DNA of 64,000 bases from Pseudovirgaria hyperparasitica (taxonomy: Eukaryota): the NCBI GenBank assembly GCA_010093815.1, contig ML996576.1; one strand, written 5' to 3'. The notes under the pieces are model-generated. The model had not been told where the DNA came from, searched no databases, and was given only the letters and a program-made list of their open reading frames with translations. The position numbers were made by a program, and so were the translations under genes. Shown piece after piece: positions 1-11,882 of this stretch (positions are counted from its first letter, which is position 1; the number at the start of each line of letters is the position of its first letter).

Positions 1-3000
1 TTCTAGTCTTAGAGAAGGAGGGTAACTCTATAGCTAGAGACTAACTATATAGTAGAGTATGTTACTAGAAGCCGGAGTTAAGCCGGATTATTAGTTAAGG
101 GCTACCCTTAACTAATAATCCGTACTAAATAGAGTCCGGTAAACCTACTAACGAAGGGGATAGGCTATATTTTTATACGGATATAGAAATAAGTTATATA
201 GAGTTGCTTTCCGAGAAAATCTAGTCTAAAAATATTACTCGGTTATCGAGAAAAGATAACTTAGCTACCCTAGTTACGGCGGTAAGGTACGCTACCTTCG
301 TATATAAATAAGGCATAATAATAGAATAGCTTATAGTAGGCTCCACCGGCCTCTAAAGACGGTATTTATCTAGGGTATTAAAGGGATTTAGTATAGCTAC
401 TATATATAAAAGAAAGGGAGTTAAAGTACACCCTATAGATAACTCCGAAGCCTACTAAAAGGTTTCTAGGAATCTATTAGGGTATCTAGACTAGCGTGAA
501 CGAGTAATTATATAGTAGGTACTTCTTCTAGCCGTCTACCTAGGCCTTAACGCGTTTAATAGGCTAATAGAGCCTTAAAGGGTAACTATCCCGCTAGGAA
601 CACGTCTAACGCCTCTATATATAAGTTAGCTAAAGATTAGAATAGAGCTACGTCCCACGGAACTTAAGTTACTATATATAATCTTATTATATCGTGAGGA
701 AGTACTAGTATAGGAATTCTTATACCTTAGTAAATTTAATAAAGAGGTAGCACCTCCGTAGAAGATCCAAACGGTAGAACATAAGGTATAGTAGACTAAG
801 AACTTTAATATTCCTAGAGCCCTTTATAGGAAGGTACTTATAATTCTAAAAGAGCGTCTTAATAGTAGAAGGCTCGAGCCCTATAGTAGTCCTTATTAAA
901 ACACCTATTTTCTCATAGAAAAGAAGAAGGAAGCTAATAAGAAACGAGATTATAGGTTAATTAATTCGGCGATAGAAATTAACCGAGTTACTATTCGTGA
1001 TGCGGCCACGCCGCTCTCATGTAAAGAGTTCTCGGAGTACTTTACGGGGATAGCCGTCTTAACGTTTACTAACTTCTTCTTAGAATATAATTAGATTCTA
1101 TTAGTAGAGTATTACCGAGACTTAACGGGGTTTATAACGCCCCTAGGATTACTATACGGGATAATATTACCTTAAGGGGCCACTAATTTAGTAGCTTAGT
1201 TCGTTAGGATTATATTAACTATTATATAAGAATATATCCCGGAGAGGGCTCTACTATTCCTAGATAACTTAGATATTAAAGGACCTATAACGAAATATAA
1301 CTCTAAGGAGGCCCTACCTAGAATTCGTAGGTATATCCTAGAATATTTAATTAACGTAGATAAGGTTCTCGCGGATATAGAGCGCGCCGGATACGCCCTA
1401 AGTAGTAAGAAGACTTAGTAGTATATTAAAGCCGCTAACGTTATAGGATATATCTACGATATTAAAGGGAGGCGACCGAGTAATAAAAAGGTTACTACTA
1501 TTAGGGACTAGAAACCCTATAAAAACACGATAAATATGCGAGCCTTCCTTAGCGTTTATATATATTTCTAGATATAGATCCCCGGGTAGACTATTATCGC
1601 ATCGCCGCTATTAATACTATTAAAGAATAAATCGGCCTAGTAGTAGATAGCTAAGGAGTAGACCTTAATAGACGCGCTAAAGATAGCTCTAACTACTACT
1701 CCTGTACTAATAACGTTATAGTACGGGATAGATACGGGAGATATAATTCTAGTAGTAGACTCTAGTAACGTTAGGTAGGGAGCTATATTAATATAGGAGA
1801 ACGAGGATTATAAACGTTAGCCATTACGGTATAATAGAGGAATATAGTTAAAAGCTAAGAGAAACTATAATACCGTGAAGCTAGAGTGCCGAGCCCTCCT
1901 CTACGCGTTATAGAAGTTCTAGTAATACCTCTATAGCACGTACTTTATTATAGAAATAGACACGAATACTCTAGTCGCTTAAATTAACCATACTATAACT
2001 AACTTACTAGGGGCGCTCGTTACTAGATGGCTCGCGTGGATTTAGCTATAGAACTTTATAGTTAGGCACGTACCTAGAAAGCGTAATATAGTCGCTAACG
2101 GTATCTTATAGATATACGAAGGAGAAGAACTACTAGACATCTCTATCTTTAACCTAGACGAGTTCATAGATATAGCTCTATATATAGACGTGCTAGAGAT
2201 ATTATTAATTAAGCCCGTTAGCGGGAGGGATTATACGATAGAGATACTCGACTATACCGCCATTAAGTCTCCCTTAATAGATGAATATAGTAATAAATAG
2301 TAGAGGATTATAAAGTACCTTACTACACTCGAGAGGCTAACCGACCTAACCGACCGAGTATATAAGGCCTTTATAACCGACTATCTAAAGTTCCTTATAT
2401 ATAACTAAATACTCTAGCGGAGAGGAGATAGATATCGCTAATATACACGAGTAATTAAGGATCCGAATACTAGGGCGTATATAATTACCGCTACTTATAA
2501 TGAGATAGATTATAGAGGTAGTAAAGGGACCCTCGGAAGGATTAAGGATAAGTATTAGTAGATAGGTATATATAGAGACGTGCGATAGCACGTAAAAACC
2601 TATAATAAATATTAATAACGAAGTAAACTCCTCGGAGGTCTTAATAAAGGGCTCCACTATATTATAACGCCTATTCTTTAGTAAAGAATATACTTAGACG
2701 TAACGACGCTACTACCTTCTATAGAGTATAGTAAAGTAGTATCTATATAAGAATAGCTAAGCGGATAGACTAAGGCGGAGGCATATACGGCGGCTACGTC
2801 TATAGTCATCGTAAAGTTCCTCTTTAAGAACGTAATCTATAGATACGGAATTATTTCTAAAATCATCTATAATAGTAGTAGAGAAAATATAGGTACTATA
2901 GAGGAGCTCCTCCGACTCTATAGAATTTATTAGAAGGTTATATCTATATATAATCCCTAAGTAAATAGAATTATCGAGAGAAGTTTTATACTACTTACTA

Positions 3001-3755
3001 ATACTCTCGCGAAGATAACTAATAGCGGATTTAAGAACTAGCCCGGCTACCTCTATACGGTCGTCTAGATAGATAGAATAATAACACGTACTAGTATAGG
3101 GTATAGTACCGTATACCTCGTGCTTAGCTATAAACTAATTATATCTATCGAAGTTAAATTCGAGTCGCTCCGAATACTCCCTTAGGATAAGATATAATTA
3201 ATATCTAACTTACTTACTCTTCGAGCTAGATAACTTAAGAGAAGATCCGAGAATCTTAAGGAGGCCTATATCTACGCGACACGAACGCGTAAGGAATTAA
3301 GAGAGGTATAGAATAACGACTATTACCTTTATTAAGAGTCGTTACTAGTTAATATAATTATCCTCCTATACGACTCGTAGTGATAGAAGAATATAGAGCG
3401 GAAGCTAAGGTAGTATTAGAGGGGGCTATATAGAATCTAGTCCGTGTTTAATTATACTTATAAGCTCGCGGAGCTTAATAGAGCCATACTTAGAGGGACG
3501 TTTCCTAGCCATAGGTTAAAGAAATATTTTATAAGAAATATAAGTAATAAGAGTTACGACGAGCCCTCGCGACCACTAATCGGAAGAATTACCGAGGAAA
3601 ATAAGGAGAGTAGTAATAAGGAAAACTATTATAAATAACTTACGGAACACCTCGACGACGCCATATAAACCCGGGTGGAAGTAGTAATTCCTACTCCGTA
3701 AGACTTTAATAGAGAAGAATATTTACGTTTCCCTAGAATCGATATCTCCTTCTAG
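1..3755 (+). pseudogene. Gypsy A pol remnant (RT-RNase H-integrase)
   Basis: RT core cta ttc cta gat aac tta gat att aaa gga cct at ~1254 = (P)FLDDLGIKGP after de-RIP (minus copy keeps ggc atc); RNase H VDSS (~1755), KLECRALL (~1880) and HVPGKRNVVADG (~2067); integrase core ~2690-3150. End approximate. Confidence 0.9.
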
Positions 3756-3807
3756 GGGATAGAAGTTTTTTTAAGGAGGGAAGGGATGCTTATAAAAGTA
3801 GTCTTAT

Positions 3808-3880
3808 GATAATGAACTCCATTATCGAAAAAGGACGATGAACTCTATTATTAAAAGAGGATAATAAACCCTATTATTAC
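3808..3880 (+). repeat. ~26-bp degenerate tandem repeat (3 units) downstream of Gypsy A pol
   Basis: gataatgaactccattatcgaaaaag / gacgatgaactctattattaaaagag / gataataaaccctattattac; copy 2 (~20857-20903) has one unit fewer. Confidence 0.7.
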
Positions 3881-4111
3881 TATAAAATAATAAAACTTAT
3901 TATTAAAGTAAGTAATGCTCGAAAGAAGACATAATGGCGTTTACGCGAATTCTACCCACTATATATTAAAGCCGGTCGTGTAATCGAAGCCTATCTATCG
4001 AAGGCCTATTTTATTACTATAGAACGGGCCCTATTAGGAACTAATAAGGAAGAAAAGAAGGAGGAGGTATAGGAGAAAAAGATACTTATAGGAAGTCTTA
4101 TAAGGATAAGA

Positions 4112-4214
4112 ATATACCCGGTATCTATTTATTTATAGATTCCGCTATATACCCGGTAGATATATTTATTCATAGATTTCCTATATACCTAGTATATATT
4201 TATTTATAGATTCG
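4112..4214 (+). repeat. ~35-bp degenerate tandem repeat (3 units) upstream of the Gypsy A extra ORF
   Basis: atatacccggta...tatttattyatagatt repeated three times; mirrored at ~20522-20623. Confidence 0.75.
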
Positions 4215-4434
4215 ATACGTATACGGGCCTATAGCTATTAGTAAGAATCATTTATAAAAATTACTATATACCCGGTATTCGAGGAGGTATAAAAAGAGAA
4301 CTTAAGATAGTATATAACTCTTCCCTCTTACACCTCTCTATACCTTCTTAATTAATAAAACCTCCTCCTCTACTTCCGCCTCGCTTAACTACCTCTCCTT
4401 AAAATATAACTCGCTAATAGAACCAATAATAATA

Positions 4435-7362
4435 ATAGCCCTACTGAAAAAGAAAACGCCTACCCGTAAAGAGTTATAAGATTATTAAGTACTAATAAGA
4501 TAGACGCGGTTCTAGTTAAGAGTCGTAAGTACTAAAGTAGGGCTATCGACGGCTATCGTAGTATTAAGGCTATCTACTACTTCGTATAGATAGGCTATAG
4601 AAGCTATAGAAGTAAATAAGTCTACTATTAACTAAATTATCGCTATCTAGGACCCGTAAGAGCGATAGAACTATATTCTAGACACGTTTAATAATCTCCT
4701 TTATATTACTAGCCTTATAGAATAGCTCTTAAGTAGTATAGTTAACCTCTTCTAGGAAGTAGAAGCCGTAATAGGGTATAGTAAGGTAAAGATTAACTCC
4801 TCTATTCCGAAAGAAGTCCACGAGATAATTCGTTATAGAAGAGATACTAACTCCCGCATCCTAAAAGCTAAAAATATAATCCTATAAAACTAGCGAAAAG
4901 ACCTCTCTAATAATAACGGCTAGTTACTCTAATCCGCTCTCGGATAGCTCTAGTAAATATAGAACTTTATAGAAAAGCTAGTAGCGCTCTTATAAATATA
5001 GACATAGGCGAGAGCGAGGAACTAGTTAAATATATCCCTATAGTCCCGAATCGGCTAGGGATAGAAGGGAAGGGGAATTAAGGTATATCTTTAGAGCTCT
5101 AATATTAATACCGCCCTAGCTAGCGATAGTAACGAGGACGGTCTATCTCTCTAGTAACTCTCGAACTACCCTAGCCGATAAAATAAACTAACATTCCATA
5201 ATAAGACGGGACTTATTATCCCCGCTAGTTAATAGTTATAGATAAGTAGAATAGTTTATAGGCCCGTTAAATACTATCTATAAATTAAAGAGATAAGTGC
5301 ATCGCCTCCGCCTTAGACCTTACTATCGCTAAAACTAGCGTAGGTAACGTCTACGGTGAAGTCCCCTCCACGAAGCACGCCTTCTAGTTTAGTAGTATAT
5401 TATCTCTTCGAAGCTAGTCGTCCGTTTAAAGTAAGTATTCCTTCTACTACTACTAGTATACGTCTCTTACCGGGCTATATAAGAACCTCTTTAGTACCCG
5501 TCACGGCCACGCCGATAAAACCTACTTACGGATATACCTTATCTACTAGCCCTTAGTAATTACTAGGGGCGCCTATACGATAATCCCCGGTTATTCTTAG
5601 TTTATACCCTAAGATAATAGCATCGGTTAAGGAAGAGAATAAGCCTAAGAAGTATTAATACGCGCCTTTAGTAACGAAGACTTTTAAGGTAGCTATATTA
5701 TTAAAGAAGAATTTCACGAGTATTAAGGGAATGGCCCTACTAGTACACTAGAAAGCGTAAATAGGTAATATGGCTATTCCGTATAAAGTCTACTATAAGT
5801 ATTACTAAGACGTGGCTAGAAAGAATAATATACTTATTAGCGTGTCCTACTTAAACCTAGTAGCGAGACTTAAAATAGTATATAAGTTTAGAGATAACGT
5901 AGAGGCCCTTAAAGTTTATAAGGACCGCTATACCTAGTTCGCGAAGTACACGCGGCCACCTTATCCGATAGAGGCATTAGGTATCTATTATTACTAGGCC
6001 CTAGAGACCCTAAAGTAAGTTATTAATATTAAAACCATCCTTACTAGTATCGTATTTATAATTTAGAAGGAGGATAGTAGAATAGATAGATAACTCTTTA
6101 ACGAGTGGGAACGTACCGGAAGTGTTAATATTAAAGGGCTCTTCGAGCCACTTAAAAAGACGACCTCTATACTTAATAAGAGTATCCTAGAACTCGCGAG
6201 GGATGAATTTAATATATATAAGTACTACTAGCGTATATTTAATAAGAAATTAAACTACGGCTGGCTACGAACTATATACCACTCCTATATCTAATAGTTT
6301 ATTAGGTAATGCCTACTTTACTAGCTTACCTATATCGCTCTTCGGCCCGATCTTAACTACTATCTAATCTCGTACCTATACTATGCGAAGTCCTAGGATA
6401 GGGGCGATAAGACGGGTTTTAAGTATCTCGATAACGCCATTAATCGAATCCTCGATCCTAGCGATAGACACGGGTTTAATATAATCTAGGGGAGTATTAG
6501 TCTCGACGACGAACGAAGTAATAACTACACTATAATTATTCCCCGCTCCTATAAGTTCTTAAATAAATAGTAGTTAAAGGCTAAGCTCCGCGAGGGGGTT
6601 AATCGAAACGGTATAATCACGGCTATTAATGATAAGATCTATAATACGGACGATAAGAAACGATTTAGTCCCTTCGTCCTAGTCCCCTACTAGTCTCTTA
6701 AAGTATATATCTCTAGCCTACTAATAATATATAGTGCCTAGGGTCCCGTAAAGGGTGGAAGACGTATAATACTTCCATGGTATATCGCGATTAGCCCTAA
6801 TTACATGATAATAGAAGTATCTAAAATAAGTATATAGGAATAACTCGTAGTAGCTTATAGGAATTTAACTCCGGGACCCACGTCTCCGTTAGGATTTTCT
6901 AATAAATATAGTATGATTCCTTTTGCCTTTCTAGCCGTAGTTTAACTTCTAAGTTTTAACGCCGTTAGTAACGTATTAGTTAGCTATAAAAGATAGAATA
7001 GCTAGAAGGTAAAAGAAGAGGTAGCTATGTAGCTTAATATAAGTCCTTAATAACTTAAAGCTAAGGTAGACGCCTGGTTTAAGGAGGGCTCGAGGGTATT
7101 TATAGAGACCTTTAAGAAAATGGTAAGGTAGAAAAGGCTAGTCTATAGGGATAGGTCGTTCTAGAAGGAATTTAACGAGGCGCGCGCCGCTAAGCGGCTA
7201 ATTAATTTTAAGAAATTCGAGCCTAATACGGGCCTAGATAACATTAAAGAGAACTTCTATAAATAGGAGAGGCCTAACAAACTATCCGACAAGGAGGAAT
7301 CTAACCTCTCTAAGATAAGCGACACGATTCTTTAGGAGCTGGCTCGCGACCTTAAGTACTAA
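4435..7362 (+). pseudogene. Gypsy A extra ORF (~975 codons) with 2OG-Fe(II) dioxygenase (PhyH-like) domain, RIP-inactivated
   Basis: Single frame (+1), same length (2928 nt) in both copies; stops are TAA/TAG, as expected from RIP. De-RIP motifs: ALRPD..LISYPYYAK, FK(H)LD at 6418-6432, IQGSISLDDE at ~6484-6513, (H)GAQGPVKGGRRIILPWY at 6730-6783. Start (ATA for ATG) and stop are inferred. Confidence 0.75.
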
Positions 7363-7566
7363 GATTAGGCGCCTAAAAACCTACCTAATTATTAGTTAAG
7401 GGCTGCCCTTAACTAATAATCCGGGCTAAGGTTTACCCGCGCCGAGAGGTTTACTAGGGGCGCATTTTATTTATATTAAGGTCTTTCTTTTAGGCGTTCT
7501 TTACACGGTTTCTTACACGGTTACTATACTACTAAGGGTAGTAGTTCTATAGGCCGGGGAGGTATA

Positions 7567-7934
7567 TGTGGAAGGCCGCTCCTATAGCCCTATATGTATA
7601 TATCCCTGGCTCGATTATATGGCTTTATTATATATTTAAGGAGGGCGTTTTCCTTGGTTATTCTACTCGGCGCTTCCCCTATTACTAATATTCGACTATT
7701 TAACCTTTCCTTACGTTCATAGGCCTCTATAGGTATTAATTATTAGGCTTAGCTATTAAAGAATTAATTAAGAGTATTATATAGACCCGTCCTATTATAA
7801 AAGAGAACTAATAAGAAGTCGTACGTTCAAAGAGAACTTATAATACCTAGGAGAGATACTTGTGAGTTCGTCGCGACTACTATACTAGGAATACAGCCAT
7901 TTACAAAAGGGATATACGTAACGATGGCTTACCA
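7567..7934 (+). repeat. 3' LTR of Gypsy A copy 1
   Basis: Starts TGTGGAAGG right after the purine tract ggccggggaggtata; homologous to 16797-17168 and 27840-28211; the 3' terminus is imperfect (..cttacca versus ..ctcatcaca). Confidence 0.88.
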
Positions 7935-10900
7935 TACTATCGCCGAACTTTAGGAATATATCGCGAATTAGGCTTGAGAGATTTAAACCCTTAAAGAATA
8001 GGTAGAATACGCGAAACTCCTCGTAAAGAGACGAGAACTTAAGAAGTCTCTTAAAGAACTACGCCGAACGATAGTAGGTGGACGACTTTCTATACTAATT
8101 TAGGCGGAATTAGTTTACCTACTATTAGAGTTATGATAATCCACCGTATACCCGGCCGCTTCGTTACCGATTTACCCTACTTCTTCCCTAGATATACTAA
8201 AACCTAAAGATCTAACTATATTTATAGGGAAGAACTAAAAGGAGTAGAAAGACTAGAAGAGAGACTACGAAAAGTACTTCCTCGATAACCCTCTACTCTT
8301 TTCTACTAAAGTATAATATATTTCGTTCGGAGAACGATACCTAGACTTATAATTCCACGATTAATAGAATAGATAGAAGGAAGTATAGCTACTATCTACG
8401 ATAACCTAGAAATATTTAGCTATATTTATACTAAACACCCTTGGAACGGATAGAGAACGTGAAAGAAAGGCACTATCTAAGTTAAGAAGCGTGGCATAAC
8501 GACCGAACTAGACACCTACTTAACTACTATAATACCTCTAAAACCTATAGAATAATATCCCTATACTATAGGAAAATATTCGTATATTCTAGTTTCGCGA
8601 AGTACTACTTCCGTTAATCCGCGAAAGACTAGGAATAGTATTATTAAGTTTTAACTATCTACACGAATTAGAGGAGAAAGCTAATAAATACTACCGCATT
8701 CTTAAGGAACGCGGCTCTCTAGGTAAAACCGACGAACCCTATACGGGTTAGAAACGAGGTTAATCGAATACGTTTAATTAAGAGTAATCTTACCGCGATT
8801 AGCGCTAGAAGAGCGTAAATCGGGGTAGAAACGCGTTAAGAGGATACCAAAATAATTAAGGCGGTACTTCTTAACGCGGAAAAGGATAAGGCATAGGCTT
8901 AAATATAATATCTATTATAAAATAGTAGAATCATAGCGCACTTCGTTACTATAAGTATAGAGAAATAGAATATATTTCGCCTAACTATAAGAATCCGAAA
9001 AAAGAATAGGCTAGTACACGAGACCTAACCGCGTCCTTAGCTAAATTATATATACTTAGAAGGAGCCGTAGCGTCTTCCGGCGAGTAAAGACCTAATATT
9101 ACTAAAAGTATCGTTATCTATAGTAAATAGTAATAAAACTATATAGGCCCTCGTGGATACTAGTATAGAAGATAACTATATTTTATTAATTCTTATAAAG
9201 GAGTATAGATTATCGTATAATCTTAGTAAAGTTAGCCAAACTATCGTAGTTAATAGATATAAAGTTAGAACTTTAGGTAAAGCTATAATGAATTACGAAG
9301 TTCATGACTCGAAGATAATAAAATAGTAGATATCTAATAAATTTATTATAGCTAATATTAGCTAATAGAATATAATTCTAGGGATGCCTTAGCTTAGATA
9401 CCTAAACCCTATTCTTAATTTTTAGAAGGAGATATTAACGTTCTAACGATACCGTGGTAAATTATACTAGTAAGTTATAACTATTAGTAAGGAGGCATAG
9501 AACCTCACCGTACGGACCCGATTATTACTAATCTATCTTATATTCTTATTAATTATTAATAAAGATAAGGACGATAGTAATAATCGGGGCGAAGACACGC
9601 TACCCGACGTATATTCGTAGTATATAGATGTGTTTTTAGTAGGAGATACGTTACTTCTCCCTAATCACGGGCTATATAAGCTAAAGATCGAGCTCGAAGA
9701 GGGAGTAGACGTCTCTTATAGCCTACTTTACCTACTTTTAAGACTAGAACTTAAAGTTCTTTATAAATATATTAAAGAATACCTCGAAAGAGGCTAGATA
9801 CGTTATAGTATATTATTAGCTAGCGTATCTATTCTCTTCGTAAAGAAGAAAGACGGAAGTTTACATCTATATATCGACTATTAGGTACTAAATACGGTAA
9901 CTAAGAAGAATCGTTATCTATTACCGCTAGTTAGTAAATCTTTAGACTAATTAATAAAGATAAAGTACTTTATAAAGCTAGATTTATAAGATATATATTA
10001 CTAGCTTTAAATTCGTTATAGAGATAAGTAGAAAACCGCATTTCGGACTAGATATAGTTATTTTAAGTATACTATTATACTATTCGGGCTAATAAATACG
10101 CTAGGAGCGTTTTAAGGATATATTAATACTATACTTATAGGATTACTTAACGTGATTTATATAGTTTATCTCGATAATATACTAATTTACTCCGATAGTA
10201 TATAGAATTATAAAGAATACGTGAAATCGGTGCTAAATCGTCTAAGGTAGTATAAACTCTACGTAAAATTATCTAAATGTGAGTTTTACTAATAAGAAGT
10301 TGGGTTTCTCGGCTTTATTATAATATATAGCGGCCCAAAAATAGAGCCGGAGCGTGTAAAGACCATTATAGAATGGCTAGAACCTACTACTATACGTTAA
10401 ATTAGAATATTTATAGGTTTCGTAAACTATTATCATAAATTCATTATAGGCTTCTTACGAATTATGGCGCCGCTTAATAAACTTATAGAGAATGGCGGTA
10501 AAATCCCTATAGATAGGTAAGTATAGCGTAAAGCTAAGTCGGTTAAGATATAGTTAACGCCGGAAGCACGAGATACGTTCCGATCGTTAAAGAATTACTT
10601 TATAACTACGCCGATTCTTAGGTATTTTAATCCCGAGAAGTATATTTAGGTTAAAACTAATATGTTAGAATTCGTAATTACTAGAATTATTAGTTAACCG
10701 TATAAAGATATGAAAGATAAGGTATAATAGTACCCGGTCGCTTTCTTTTCCTATAAAATAGCGGATATAGAGACGCGTTATAATATATATAACTAGAAAC
10801 TACTTATAATTATTAAGAGTTTTAAGTAATAGCGATATTATTTAGAAGGCTCTATATATTAGATCGAATTATTATTAGATTACGCAAATCTACGTTACTT

Positions 10901-11882
10901 TATATTAACTAAGGTCCTTAATTACTAATAAGTATATTAGGCTAAGTAGATATTAATATTTAACTTTAAAATCTTATATAAAGCTAGAAGAGAGAATAAA
11001 GCTAATCCTCTATNNNNNNNNNNAAAGACTTAATTAAATCTACCTAGAATTCTAATATATTAGTAAAGAAAGTTATAAGTATAAAAGGAAGCGCTATAGA
11101 TCCGCCGTAGTTATTAAGGTAGAAACGATAATTAGACGCGATCTACTTCTAAGGCCGACTCTATATACTAGAAGACGGCTTACAAATTAATATTTTAAGG
11201 GAATAGCACGATTATATATTAGTAGAGTACTTTAGCGTTATAAGGACGGTTAATTTAATCTAAAGGATGTACGACTGGCCGGGTCTTTATAAATATATAA
11301 AAGACTATATAAAAACGTATAACGTTTACCAGTATACGAAAGTATATAGACACTTACTATATAGTAAATTAAGGCTATTACCTATACTAAAGGAGGTATA
11401 GAAGGAATTATTAATAGATTTTATTATAGATCTACCCCTAAGTAAGTATTCTAGGTATATTTATAATAGTTTACTTATAGTTCTAGATAGATTTATAAAG
11501 ATATTATACTATATCTCTATAAGGAAGACGATCTAAGTACCGGATCTTATAGATATACTACTCCGTGACGTAGTCCGGCTCTATAGTATACTAAATAATA
11601 TAGTTTCGGATAGAGGTCCGTAGATAACGTCTAAATTTTAGAAGGATTTCTACTATACGCTAGGAATTAAGTGGAAACTTAGTACTACGTTCCATCTATA
11701 AATAGATAGATAGACGGAGTAGTAGAATTAGATAGTCGAGGTGTATTTATATATATATTATAACTATAAGTAGAATAACTAGGTAAGGTTAGTCTATGTC
11801 GCGGAATTTGTGTATAATAATAGCCGATATACGTTAACCCACGTAAGTCCGTTCGAAGTAAACTTCGGTTAGAACTATAATA
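7935..11882 (+). mobile_element. Chromoviral Ty3/Gypsy family B, gag-protease-RT-RNase H-integrase (left segment), RIP-inactivated
   Basis: Gag zinc knuckle de-RIPs to CYKCGEMGHISPDC (~8947-8988); gag stop ~9009 after an A-rich run, with pol in the -1 frame; protease ALVDTG (~9147); RT VYLDDILIYS (~10164); RNase H; integrase running into SPFE at ~11847; continues at 28610. Confidence 0.92.
11014..11023. other. Assembly gap (10 N)
   Basis: Run of n within Gypsy B pol between RNase H and the integrase zinc finger; true gap size unknown. Confidence 0.99.

Larger units (their letters stand above)
1..7934 (+). mobile_element. Ty3/Gypsy LTR retrotransposon family A, copy 1 (5' part outside window), RIP-inactivated
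   Basis: Reverse-complement match to 16797-24710; RT, RNase H and integrase in frame +3; PPT at ~7552-7566 followed by an LTR starting TGTGGAAGG. Confidence 0.93.

Noticed and set aside
3790..7934. Giant 4-kb LTR starting at the internal PPT
   Set aside because: The other end of the complete copy has only the 372-bp repeat, bounded by a PBS and a TSD.
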